This document shows, in pieces, positions 1 to 12,160 of a stretch of DNA of 31,951 nucleotides (the stretch's first letter is position 1; each line of letters starts with the position of its first letter). The stretch is from NCBI GenBank assembly GCA_002189035.1, contig NEEC01000349.1, forward strand, positions 1 through 31,951, in the 5' to 3' direction. The notes below the pieces were generated by a model, which was given only the letters and a program-made list of their open reading frames with translations, had not been told where the DNA came from and ran no database searches. Both the position numbers and the translations under genes were made by a program. The stretch comes from Utricularia gibba. Its lineage: Eukaryota > Plantae > Magnoliophyta.

Positions 1-105
1 GAACGTTAATAAATACATCACTTTCTTTGCCGGGCTACAACTTACTTTGGGCCAAGGCCTAAGCTGATCTTTTCCGGTTCCAAGTGCACCAAAGACCGCC
101 TTCTC

Positions 106-1663
106 AAGTATAAAGTAAGTTGTTGAAAAAATCATGTGGGGTGCACGTGACATCATAATTTAAACAAATGGATCATTTTTTTTAATCGATTTGCATCCAG
201 TTGACCTCATGAGCCATACAGAATGGGGTCAAGGACCAAGTTCCCAGCGAGACTGGCCGCCACAAAACGAGAAGCGGTTCCTTGAAAAACCATGTAGGCA
301 GCCCCGAAAACCGCACGTTAATAAATACATCACATTCATTGCCGGGCTACAACTTACTTTCGGCCAAGCCTAAGTTGCCTTTTGTCCAGTTCCTCTTCCC
401 CCCAAGACCACCTCCTCAAGTATAAAGTAAGAGTTTGAAAAATTATGTAGGGTGCACGTGATATCGTAATTTAAACAAATGCATCATTTTTTTAATTCAT
501 TTGCATCGGTTGACCTCATGAGCAATACAGAATCGGGGTCAAGGACCAAGTTCCCAGCGAGACTGGCCGCCACAAAACGAGAAGCTGTTCCTTGAATAAC
601 CATGTAGGCAGCCCCCGAAAACAAAACGATAATAAATACATCACTTTATTTGCGGACTACAACTAACTCTCGGTGCAAGCCAAACCTTACCTTTGCCCGT
701 TCCAGGTGCACCGAAAGACCGCCTGCAAGTATAAAGTAAGTTGTGAAAAAATGATGTGGGGTGCACGTGATATCGCAATTTAAACAAATGCAACATTGTA
801 TTCATCGATTTGCATCTTTTGTCCCTCATGAGCCATAAAGAATCGCGGGCCCAGACCAAGTTCCTAGCGAGACTGGCCGCCACAAAACGAGAAGCTGTTC
901 CTTGAAAAACCATGTAGGCAGCCCCCGAAAACCGAACGATAATAAATACATCACTTTATTTGCCGGACTACAACTAACTCTCGATGCAAGCCAAACCTTA
1001 CCTTTGTCCGTTCCAGGTGCACCCAAAGACGCCTGCTCAAGTATAAAGTAAGTTGTTGAAAAAATCATGTGGGGTGCACGTGACATCATAATTTAAACAA
1101 ATGCATCATTTTTTTTTAATCGATTTGCATCCAGTTGACCTAATGAGCAATACAGAATCGGGGTCAAGGACCAAGTTCCCAGCGAGACTGGCCGCCACAA
1201 AACGAGAAGCGGTTCCTTGAAAAACCATGTAGGCAGCCCGAAAACCGAACGATAATAAATACATCACTTTATTTGCCGGACTACAACTAACTCTCGGTGC
1301 AAGCCAAACCTTACCTTTGTCCGTTCCAGGTGCACCCAAAGACCGCCTGCTCAAGTATAAAGTAAGTTGTTGAAAAAATCATGTGGGGTGCACGTGATAT
1401 CGCAATTTAAACAAATGCAACATTGTATTCATCGATTTGCATCCTTTTTGTCCTCATGAGCCATAAAGAATCGCGGGCCCGGACCAAGTTCCTAGCGAGA
1501 CTGGCCGCCACAAAACGAGAAGCTGTTCCTTGAAAAACCATGTAGGCAACACGGAAACCGAACGTTAATAAATACATCACTTTCTTTGCCGGGCTACAAC
1601 TTACTTTGGGCCAAGGCCTAAGCTGACTTTTTCCGGTTCCAGTGCCCCCAAAACCGCCTCCTC
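106..1663 (+). repeat. One clean copy of the putative 5-monomer higher-order repeat (A-3, C-1, B-1, A-1, B-2), ~1.56 kb
   Basis: Five successive monomers carry different diagnostic blocks. 106: right half ttcctcttcccccc..gaccacc. 418: aagagtttga and gatatcgtaa. 727: gatatcgcaa, aacattgtattc, cctag, ctcgatgc. 1039: majority type. 1353: B left half plus gggccaaggcctaagctga. The same order recurs at 12161-16799. Confidence 0.7.
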
Positions 1664-4600
1664 ATGTATAAAGTAAGTTGTTAAAAAAATCATGTGGGGT
1701 GCACGTGACATCGTAATTTAAACAAATGCATCATTTTTTTTAATCGATTTGCATCCAGTTGACCTCATGAGCAATACAGAATCGGGGTCAAGGACCAAGT
1801 CCCAGCGAGACTGGCCGCCACAAAACGAGAAGCGTTCCTTGAAAAACCATGTAGGCAGCCCCGAAAACCGAACGATAATAAATACATCACTTTATTTGCC
1901 GGACTACAACTAACTCTCGGTGCAAGCCAAACTTACCTTTGTCCGTTCCAGGTGCACCCAAAGACCGCCTGCTCAAGTATAAAGTAAGTTGTTGAAAAAA
2001 TCATGTGGGGTGCACGTGACATCATAATTTAAACAAATGCATCATTTTTTTAATCGATTTGCATCCAGTTGACCTCATGAGCCATACAGAATCGGGGTCA
2101 AGGACCAAGTTCCAGCGAGACTGGCCGCCACAAAACGAGAAGCGGTTCCTTGAAAAACCATGTAGGCAGCCCCGAAAACCGAACGATAATAAATACATCA
2201 CTTTATTTGCCGGACTACAACTTACTTTGGGCAAGGCCAAGCTGACCTTTTTCCGGTTCCAAGTGCCCCAAGACCGCCTTCTCAAGTATAAAGTAAGTTG
2301 TTGAAAAAATCATGTGGGGTGCACGTGACATCATAATTTAAACAAATGCATCATTTTTTTTAATCGATTTGCATCCAGTTGACCTCATGAGCAATACAGA
2401 ATCGGGGTCAAGGACCAAGTTCCAGCGAGACTGGCCGCCACAAAAACGAGAAGCGGTTCCTTGAAAAACCATGTAGGCAGCCCCCGAAAACCGAACGATA
2501 ATAAATACATCACTTTATTTGCCGGACTACAACTAACTCTCGGTGCAAGCCAAACCTTACCTTTGTCCCGTTCCAGTGCACCCAAAGACCGCCTGCTCAA
2601 GTATAAAGTAAGTTGTTGAAAAAATCATGTGGGGTGCACGTGACATCATAATTTAAACAAATGCATCATTTTTTTTAATCGATTTGCATCCAGTTGACCT
2701 CATGAGCAATACAGAATCGGGGTCAAGGACCAAGTTCCCAGCGAGACTGGCCGCCACAAAACGAGAAGCGGTTCCTTGAAAAACCATGTAGGCAGCCCCG
2801 AAAACCGAACGATAATAAATACATCACTTTATTTGCCGGACTAAACTAACTCTCGTGCAAGCCAAACTTACCTTTGTCCCGTTCCAGGTGCACCCAAAGA
2901 CCGCCTGCTCAAGTATAAAGTAAGTTGTTGAAAAAATCATGTGGGGTGCACGTGACATCATAATTTAAACAAATGCATCATTTTTTTAATCGATTTGCAT
3001 CCAGTTGACCTCATGAGCCAACAGAATCGGGGTCAAGGACCAAGTTCCCAGCGAGACTGGCCGCCACAAAACGAGAAGCGGTTCCTTGAAAAACCATGTA
3101 GGCAGCCCCCGAAAACCGAACGATAATAAATACATCACTTTATTTGCCGGACTACAACTAACTCTCGTGCAAGCCAAACTTACCTTTGTCCCGTTCCAGG
3201 TGCACCCAAAGACCGCCTGCTCAAGTATAAAGTAAGTTGTTGAAAAAATCATGTGGGGTGCACGTGACATCATAATTTAAACAAATGCATCATTTTTTCA
3301 TCGATTTGCATCCTTTTGTCCTCATGAGCCATAAGAATCGCGGGCCCGGACCAAGTTCCTAGCGAGACTGGCCGCACACAAAACGAGAAGCGTTCCTTGA
3401 AAAACCATGTAGGCAGCCCCCGAAAACCGAACGATAATAAATACATCACTTTATTTGCCGGACTACAACTAACTCTCGGTGCAAGCCAAAGCTTACCTTT
3501 GTCCGTTCCAGGTGCACCCAAAGACCGCCTGCTCAAGTATAAAGTAAGTTGTTGAAAAAATCATGTGGGTGCTGATATCGCAATTTAAACAAATGCATCA
3601 TTTTTTCATCGATTTGCATCCTTTTGTCCTCATGAGCCATAAAGAATCGCGGGCCGGACCAAGTTCCTAGCGAGACTGGCCGCCACAAAACGAGAAGCTG
3701 TTCCTTGAAAAACCATGTAGGCAACCGAAAACCGAACGTTAATAAATACATCACTTTCTTTGCCGGGCTACAACTTACTTGGGCCAAGGCCTAAGCTGAT
3801 CTTTTTCCGGTTCCAAGTGCACCCAAAGACCGCCTCCTCAAGTATAAAGTAAGTTGTTGAAAAAATCATGTGGGGTGCACGTGACATCATAATTTAACAA
3901 ATGCATCATTTTTTTTTAATCGATTTGCATCCAGTTGACCTCATGAGCCATACAGAATCGGGGTCAAGGACCAAGTTCCCAGCGAGACTGGCCGCCACAA
4001 AACGAGAAGCGGTTCCTTGAAAAACCATGTAGGCAGCCCCGAAAACCGAACGATAATAAATACATCACTTTTTTTGCCGGACTACAACTAACTCTCGGCA
4101 AGCCAAACCTTACTTTGTCCCGTTCCAGGTGCACCCAAAGACCGCCTGCTCAAGTATAAAGTAAGTTGTTGAAAAAATCATGTGGGGTGCACGTGACATC
4201 GTAATTTAAACAAATGCATCATTTTTTTTAATCGATTTGCATCCAGTTGACCTCATGAGCCATAAGAATCGGGGCCCGGACCAAGTTCCTAGCGAGACTG
4301 GCCGCCACAAAACGAGAAGCTGTTCCTTGAAAAACCATGTAGGCAACCGAAAACCGAACGTTAATAAATACATCACTTTCTTTGCCGGCTACAACTTACT
4401 TTGGCCAAGCCTAAGCTGACTTTTTCCGGTTCCAAGTGCCCCCAAGACCGCCTCTCAGTATAAAGTAAGTTGTTAAAAAAATCATGTGGGGTGCACGTGA
4501 CATCATAATTTAAACAAATGCATCATTTTTTTTAATCGATTTGCATCCAGTTGACCTCATGAGCCATACAGAATCGGGGTCAAGGACCAAGTTCCCAGCG

Positions 4601-7600
4601 AGACTGGCCGCCACAAAACGAGAAGCGGTTCCTTGAAAAACCATGTAGGCAGCCCCCGAAAAACCGAACGATAATAAATACATCACTTTATTTGCCGGAC
4701 TACAACTAACTCTCGGTGCAAGCCAAACTTACCTTTGTCCGTTCCAGGTGCACCCAAAGACCGCCTGCTCAAGTATAAAGTAAGTTGTTGAAAAAATCAT
4801 GTGGGGTGCACGTGACATCATAATTTAAACAAATGCATCATTTTTTTATCGATTTGCATCCTTTTGACCTCATGAGCCATACAGAATCGGGGGGACCAAG
4901 TTCCTAGCGAGACTGGCCGCCACAAAAACGAGAAGCGGTTCCTTGAAAAACCATGTAGGCAGCCCCCGAAAACCGAACGATAATAAATACATCACTTTTT
5001 TTGCCGGACTACAACTAACTCTCGTGCAAGCCAAACTTACCTTTGTCCCGTTCCAGGTGCACCCAAAGACCGCCTGCTCAAGTATAAAGTAAGTTGTTGA
5101 AAAAATCATGTGGGGTGCACGTGACATCGTAATTTAAACAAATGCATCATTTTTTTTAATCGATTTGCATCCAGTTGACCTCATGAGCCATAAAGAATCG
5201 GGGCCCGGACCAAGTTCCTAGCGAGACTGGCCGCCACAAAACGAGAAGCTGTTCCTTGAAAAACCATGTAGGCGAAAACCGAACGTTAATAAATACATCA
5301 CTTTCTTTGCCGGGCTACAACTTACTTTGGGCCAAGTAAGCTGACCTTTTTCCGGTTCCAAGTGCCCCCCAAGACCGCCTCCTCAAGTATAAAGTAAGTT
5401 GTTAAAAAATCATGTGGGGTGCACGTGACATCATAATTTAAACAAATGCATCATTTTTTTTAATCGATTTGCATCCAGTTGACCTCATGAGCCATACAGA
5501 ATCGGGGTCAAGGACCAAGTTCCCAGCGAGACTGGCCGCCACAAAACGAGAAGCGGTTCCTTGAAAAACCATGTAGGCAGCCCCCGAAAACCGAACGATA
5601 ATAAATACATCACTTTATTTGCCGGACTACAACTAACTCTCGTGCAAGCCAAACCTTACCTTTGTCCCGTTCCAGGTGCACCCAAAGACCGCCTGCTCAA
5701 GTATAAAGTAAGTTGTTGAAAAAATCATGTGGGGTGCACGTGATATAATTTAAAAAATGCATCATTTTTTTTAATCGATTTGACCTCATGAGCCATAAGA
5801 ATCGCGGGCCCGGACCAAGTTCCTAGCGAGACTGGCCGCCACAAAACGAGAAGCTGTTCCTTGAAAAACCATGTAGGCACCGAAAACCGAACGTTAATAA
5901 ATACATCACTTTCTTTGCCGGCTACAACTTACTTTGGGCAAGGCCTAAGCTGACTTTTTCCGGTTCCAAGTGCACCCAAAGACCGCCTCTCAAGTATAAA
6001 GTAAGTTGTTGAAAAAAATCATGTGGGGTGCACGTGACATCATAATTTAAACAAATGCATCATTTTTTTTAATCGATTTGCATCCAGTTGACCTCATGAG
6101 CCATACAGAATCGGGGTCAAGGACCAAGTTCCCAGCGAGACTGGCCGCCACAAAAACGAGAAGCGGTTCCTTGAAAAACCATGTAGGCAGCCCCGAAAAC
6201 CGAACGTTAATAAATACATCACTTTATTGCCGGGCTACAACTTACTTTGGCCCAAGCCTAACCCTTTGTCCGAAGACCACCTCCTCAAGTATAAAGTAAG
6301 AGTTGAAAAAATGTGGGTGCACGTGATATCGTAATTTAAACAAATGCATCATTTTTTTTAATCGATTTGCATCCGTTGACCTCATGAGCAATACAGAATC
6401 GGGGTCAAGGACCAAGTTCCCAGCGAGACTGGCCGCCACAAAACGAGAAGCTGTTCCTTGAAAAACCATGTAGGCAGCCCCCGAAAACCGAACGATAATA
6501 AATACATCACTTTATTTGCCGGACTACAACTAACTCTCGGTGCAAGCCAAACCTTACCTTTGCCGTTCCAGGTGCACCCAAAGACCGCCTGCTCAAGTAT
6601 AAAGTAAGTTGTTGAAAAAATCATGTGGGGTGCACGTGATATCGCAATTTAAACAAATGCATTGTATTCATCGATTTGCATCCTTTTGTCCTCATGAGCC
6701 ATAGAATCGCGGGCCCGACCAAGTTCCTAGCGAGACTGGCCGCCACAAAACGAGAAGCTGTTCCTTGAAAAACCATGTAGGCAACCCGAAAACCGAACGT
6801 TAATAAATACATCACTTTCTTTTGCCGGGCTACAACTACTTTGGGCAAGCCTAAACTTTTTCCGGTTCCAGTGCACCCAAGACCGCCTCCTCAAGTATAA
6901 AGTAAGTTGTTGAAAAAATCATGTGGGGTGCACGTGACATCATAATTTAAACAAATGCTCATTTTTTTTAATCGATTTGCATCCAGTTGACCTCATGAGC
7001 CATACAGAATCGGGGTCAAGGACCAAGTTCCCAGCGAGACTGGCCGCCACAAAACGAGAAGCGGTTCCTTGAAAAACCATGTAGGCAGCCCCCGAAAACC
7101 GAACGATAATAAATACATCACTTTATTTGCCGGACTACAACTAACTCTCGGTGCAAGCCAAACCTTACCTTTGTCCCGTTCCAGGTGCACCCAAAGACCG
7201 CCTGCTCAAGTATAAAGTAAGTTGTTGAAAAAATCATGTGGGGTGCACGTGAATCATAATTTAAAAAATGCATCATTTTTTTTAATCGATTTGCATCCAG
7301 TTGACCTCATGAGCAATAAGAATCGGGGTCAAGGACCAAGTTCCCAGCGAGACTGGCCGCCACAAAACGAGAAGCTGTTCCTTGAAAAACCATGTAGGCA
7401 GCCCCGAAAACCGAACGTAATAAATACATCACTTTATTTGCCGGACTACAACTTACTTTGGGCAAGCCTAAGCTGACCTTTTTTCCCGTTCCAAGTGCCC
7501 CCAAGACCGCCTCTCAAGTATAAAGTAAGTTGTTGAAAAAATCATGTGGGGTGCACGTGACATCATAATTTAAACAAATGCATCATTTTTTTTAATCGAT

Positions 7601-8456
7601 TTGCATCCAGTTGACCTCATGAGCCATACAGAATCGGGGTCAAGGACCAAGTTCCCAGCGAGACTGGCCGCCACAAAACGAGAAGCGGTTCCTTGAAAAA
7701 CCATGTAGGCAGCCCGAAAACCGAACGATAATAAATACATCACTTTATTTGCCGGACTACAACTAACTCTCGGTGCAAGCCAAACCTTACCTTTGTCCCG
7801 TTCCAGGTGCACCCAAAGACCGCCTGCTCAAGTATAAAGTAAGTTGTTGAAAAAATCATGTGGGGTGCACGTGACATCATAATTTAAACAAATGCATCAT
7901 TTTTTTTAATCGATTTGCATCCAGTTGACCTCATGAGCCATACAGAATCGGGGTCAAGGACCAAGTTCCCAGCGAGACTGGCCGCCACAAAACGAGAAGC
8001 GGTTCCTTGAAAAACCATGTAGGCAGCCCCGAAAACCGAACGATAATAAATACATCACTTTTTTGCCGGACTACAACTAACTCTCGGCAAGCCAAACTTA
8101 CCTTTGTCCCGTTCCAGGTGCACCCAAAGACCGCCTGCTCAAGTATAAAGTAAGTTGTTGAAAAAATCATGTGGGGTGCACGTGACATCATAATTTAAAC
8201 AAATGCATCATTTTTTTTAATCGATTTGCATCCAGTTGACCTCATGAGCCATACAGAATCGGGGTCAAGGACCAAGTTCCCAGCGAGACTGGCCGCCACA
8301 AAACGAGAAGCGGTTCCTTGAAAAACCATGTAGGCAGCCCCCGAAAACCGAACGATAATAAATACATCACTTTATTTGCCGGACTACAACTAACTCTCGG
8401 TGCAAGCCAAACCTTACCTTTGTCCCGTTCCAGGTGCACCCAAAGACCGCCTGCTC

Positions 8457-8770
8457 AAGTATAAAGTAAGTTGTTGAAAAAATCATGTGGGGTGCACGTG
8501 ACATCATAATTTAAACAAATGCATCATTTTTTTTAATCGATTTGCATCCAGTTGACCTCATGAGCCATACAGAATCGGGGTCAAGGACCAAGTTCCCAGC
8601 GAGACTGGCCGCCACAAAACGAGAAGCGGTTCCTTGAAAAACCATGTAGGCAGCCCCGAAAACCGAACGATAATAAATACATCACTTTATTTGCCGGACT
8701 ACAACTAACTCTCGGTGCAAGCCAAACTTACCTTTGTCCCGTTCCAGGTGCACCCAAAGACCGCCTGCTC
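8457..8770 (+). repeat. Representative majority-type monomer (class A-1), 314 bp
   Basis: Runs from aagtataaagtaagttgttg to aagaccgcctgctc. It is nearly identical to neighbours starting at 7516, 7830, 8141, 8771 and 9084. A hand count on the consensus gives about 45% GC and 14 CpG. Confidence 0.95.
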
Positions 8771-8787
8771 AAGTATAAAGTAAGTTG
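8474..8787 (+). repeat. Internal dimer: two diverged subunits of ~160 bp (8474-8633) and ~154 bp (8634-8787)
   Basis: Collinear matches at about 158-160 bp offset: ttgaaaaaatcatgtggg / ttgaaaaaccatgtagg; aaatgcatcatttt / aaatacatcacttt; agccatac / agccaaac; gttcccag / gttccagg; ggccgcc / gaccgcc. Confidence 0.85.
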
Positions 8788-11700
8788 TTGAAAAAATCAT
8801 GTGGGGTGCACGTGACATCATAATTTAAACAAATGCATCATTTTTTTTAATCGATTTGCATCCAGTTGACCTCATGAGCCAACAGAATCGGGGTCAAGGA
8901 CCAAGTTCCCAGCGAGACTGGCCGCCACAAAACGAGAAGCGGTTCCTTGAAAAACCATGTAGGCAGCCCCCGAAAACCGAACGATAATAAATACATCACT
9001 TTATTTGCCGGACTACAACTAACTTCGGTGCAAGCCAAACTTACCTTTGTCCCGTTCCAGGTGCACCCAAAGACCGCCTGCTCAAGTATAAAGTAAGTTG
9101 TTGAAAAAATCATGTGGGGTGCACGTGACATCATAATTTAAACAAATGCATCATTTTTTTATCGATTTGCATCCAGTTGACCTCATGAGCCATACAGAAT
9201 CGGGGTCAAGGACCAAGTTCCCAGCGAGACTGGCCGCCACAAAACGAGAAGCGTTCCTTGAAAAACCATGTAGGCAGCCCCCGAAAACCGAACGATAATA
9301 ATACATCACTTTATTTGCCGGACTACAACTAACTCGGTGCAAGCCAAACTTACCTTTGTCCCGTTCCAGGTGCACCCAAAGACCGCCTGCTCAAGTATAA
9401 AGTAAGTTGTTGAAAAAATCATGTGGGGTGCACGTGACATCGCAATTTAAACAAATGCAACATTGTTTTCATCGATTTGCATCCTTTTTGTCCTCATGAG
9501 CCATAAAGAATCGGGGGGGACCAAGTTCCAGCGAGACTGGCCGCCACAAAACGAGAAGCGTTCCTTGAAAAACCATGTAGGCAGCCCGAAAACCGAACGA
9601 TAATAAATACATCACTTTATTTGCCGGACTACAACTAACTTTGGCCAAGCCTAAGCTTCTTTTTCCGTTCCAGTGCACCCAAAGACCGCCTCTCAAGTAT
9701 AAAGTAAGTTGTTGAAAAAATCATGTGGGGTGCACGTGACATCATAATTTAAACAAATGCATCATTTTTTTTAATCGATTTGCATCCAGTTGACCTCATG
9801 AGCCATACAGAATCGGGGTCAAGGACCAAGTTCCCAGCGAGACTGGCCGCCACAAAACGAGAAGCGGTTCCTTGAAAAACCATGTAGGCAGCCCCGAAAA
9901 CCGAACGATAATAAATACATCACTTTATTTGCCGGACTACAACTAACTCTCGTGCAAGCCAAACTTACCTTTGTCCCGTTCCAGGTGCACCCAAAGACCG
10001 CTGCTCAAGTATAAAGTAAGTTGTTGAAAAAATCATGTGGGGTGCACGTGACATCGCAATTTAAACAAATGCATCATTTTTTTATCGATTTGCATCCTTT
10101 TGACCTCATGAGCCATAAAGAATCGCGGGGCAAGGACCAAGTTCCTAGCGAGACTGGCCGCCACAAAACGAGAAGCTGTTCCTTGAAAAACCATGTAGGC
10201 AAACCGAAAACCGAACGTTAATAAATACATCACTTTCTTTGCCGGGCTACAACTTACTTTGGGCCAAGGCCTAAGCTGACCTTTTTCCGTTCCAGTGCCC
10301 CAAGACCGCCTCTCAAGTATAAAGTAAGTTGTTGAAAAAATCATGTGGGGTGCACGTGACATCATAATTTAAACAAATGCATCATTTTTTTTAATCGATT
10401 TGCATCCAGTTGACCTCATGAGCCATACAGAATCGGGGTCAAGGACCAAGTTCCCAGCGAGACTGGCCGCCACAAAACGAGAAGCGGTTCCTTGAAAAAC
10501 CATGTAGGCAGCCCCCGAAAACCGAACGATAATAAATACATCACTTTATTTGCCGGACTACAACTAACTCTCGTGCAAGCCAAACCTTACCTTTGTCCCG
10601 TTCCAGGTGCACCCAAAGACCGCCTGCTCAAGTATAAAGTAAGTTGTTGAAAAAATCATGTGGGGTGCACGTGACATCGTAATTTAAACAAATGCAATTT
10701 TTTTTAATCGATTTGCATCCAGTTGACCTCATGAGCCATAAAGAATCGCGGGCCGGACCAAGTTCCTAGCGAGACTGGCCGCCACAAAACGAGAAGCTGT
10801 TCCTTGAAAAACCATGTAGGCAACACCGAAAACCGAACGTTAATAAATACATCACTTTCTTTGCCGGACTACAACTTACTTTGGGCCAAGCCTAAGCTGA
10901 CCTTTTCCGGTTCCAAGTGCCCCCAAGACCGCCTCCTCAAGTATAAAGTAAGTTGTTGAAAAAATCATGTGGGGTGCACGTGACATCATAATTTAAACAA
11001 ATGCATCATTTTTTTTAATCGATTTGCATCCAGTTGACCTCATGAGCCATACAGAATCGGGGTCAAGGACCAAGTTCCAGCGAGACTGGCCGCCACAAAA
11101 CGAGAAGCGGTTCCTTGAAAAACCATGTAGGCAGCCCCCGAAAACCGAACGATAATAAATACATCACTTTATTTGCCGGACTACAACTAACTCTCGGTGC
11201 AAGCCAATTACCTTTGTCCCGTTCCAGGTGCACCCAAAGACCGCCTGCTCAAGTATAAAGTAAGTTGTTGAAAAAATCATGTGGGGCACGTGACATCATA
11301 ATTTAACAAATGCATCATTTTTTTGATTTGCATCCAGTTGACCTCATGAGCCATAAAGAATCGGGGCGGACCAAGTTCCTAGCGAGACTGGCCGCCACAA
11401 AACGAGAAGCTGTTCCTTGAAAAACCATGTAGGCAGCCCCGAAAACCGAACGATAATAAATACATCACTTTTTTTTGCCGGACTACAACTAACTTCGGCA
11501 AGCCAAACTTACCTTTGTCCCGTTCCAGGTGCACCCAAAGACCGCCTCTCAAGTATAAAGTAAGTTGTTGAAAAAATCATGTGGGGTGCACGTGACATCG
11601 TAATTTAAACAAATGCATCATTTTTTTAATCGATTTGCATCCAGTTGACCTCATGAGCCATACAGAATCGGGGTCAAGGACCAAGTTCCAGCGAGACTGG

Positions 11701-12160
11701 CCGCCACAAAACGAGAAGCGTTCCTTGAAAAACCATGTAGGCAGCCCGAAAACCGAACGATAATAAATACATCACTTTATTTGCCGGACTACAACTACTT
11801 TCGGCCAAGCCAAACCTTTTTCCGTTCCAGTGCCCCCAAAGACCGCCTGCTCAAGTATAAAGTAAGTTGTTGAAAAAATCATGTGGGGTGCACGTGACAT
11901 CATAATTTAAACAAATGCATCATTTTTTTTAATCGATTTGCATCCAGTTGACCTCATGAGCCATACAGAATCGGGGCAAGGACCAAGTTCCCAGCGAGAC
12001 TGGCCGCCACAAAACGAGAAGCGGTTCCTTGAAAAACCATGTAGGCAACCCGAAAACCGAACGTTAATAAATACATCACTTTTTTGCCGGGCTACAACTA
12101 CTTTGGGCCAAGCCAAGCTGACCTTTTCCGGTTCCAAGTGCCCCCCAAGACCGCCTCCTC

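Noticed and set aside
3805-3825. Pol III B-box or tRNA T-loop (ggttccaagtgc)
   Set aside because: It does not fit GTTCRANNC, there is no upstream A-box or cloverleaf, and it is present only in one variant class.
8735-8755. CENP-B box (tcccgttcca resembles part of the reverse-complement box)
   Set aside because: The essential TTCG/CGAA half is missing at the required spacing.
8560-8770. 5S rDNA repeat (gccatac and agaccgcctg resemble short 5S rRNA words)
   Set aside because: Only 7-10 bp matches, at the wrong spacing. There is no 120-nt 5S body with internal A/C boxes.
8457-8770. Satellite-encoded hammerhead ribozyme, as in newt, schistosome and cricket satellites
   Set aside because: No CTGANGA core on either strand of the consensus (only ctgact, ctgacc and ctgatc occur).
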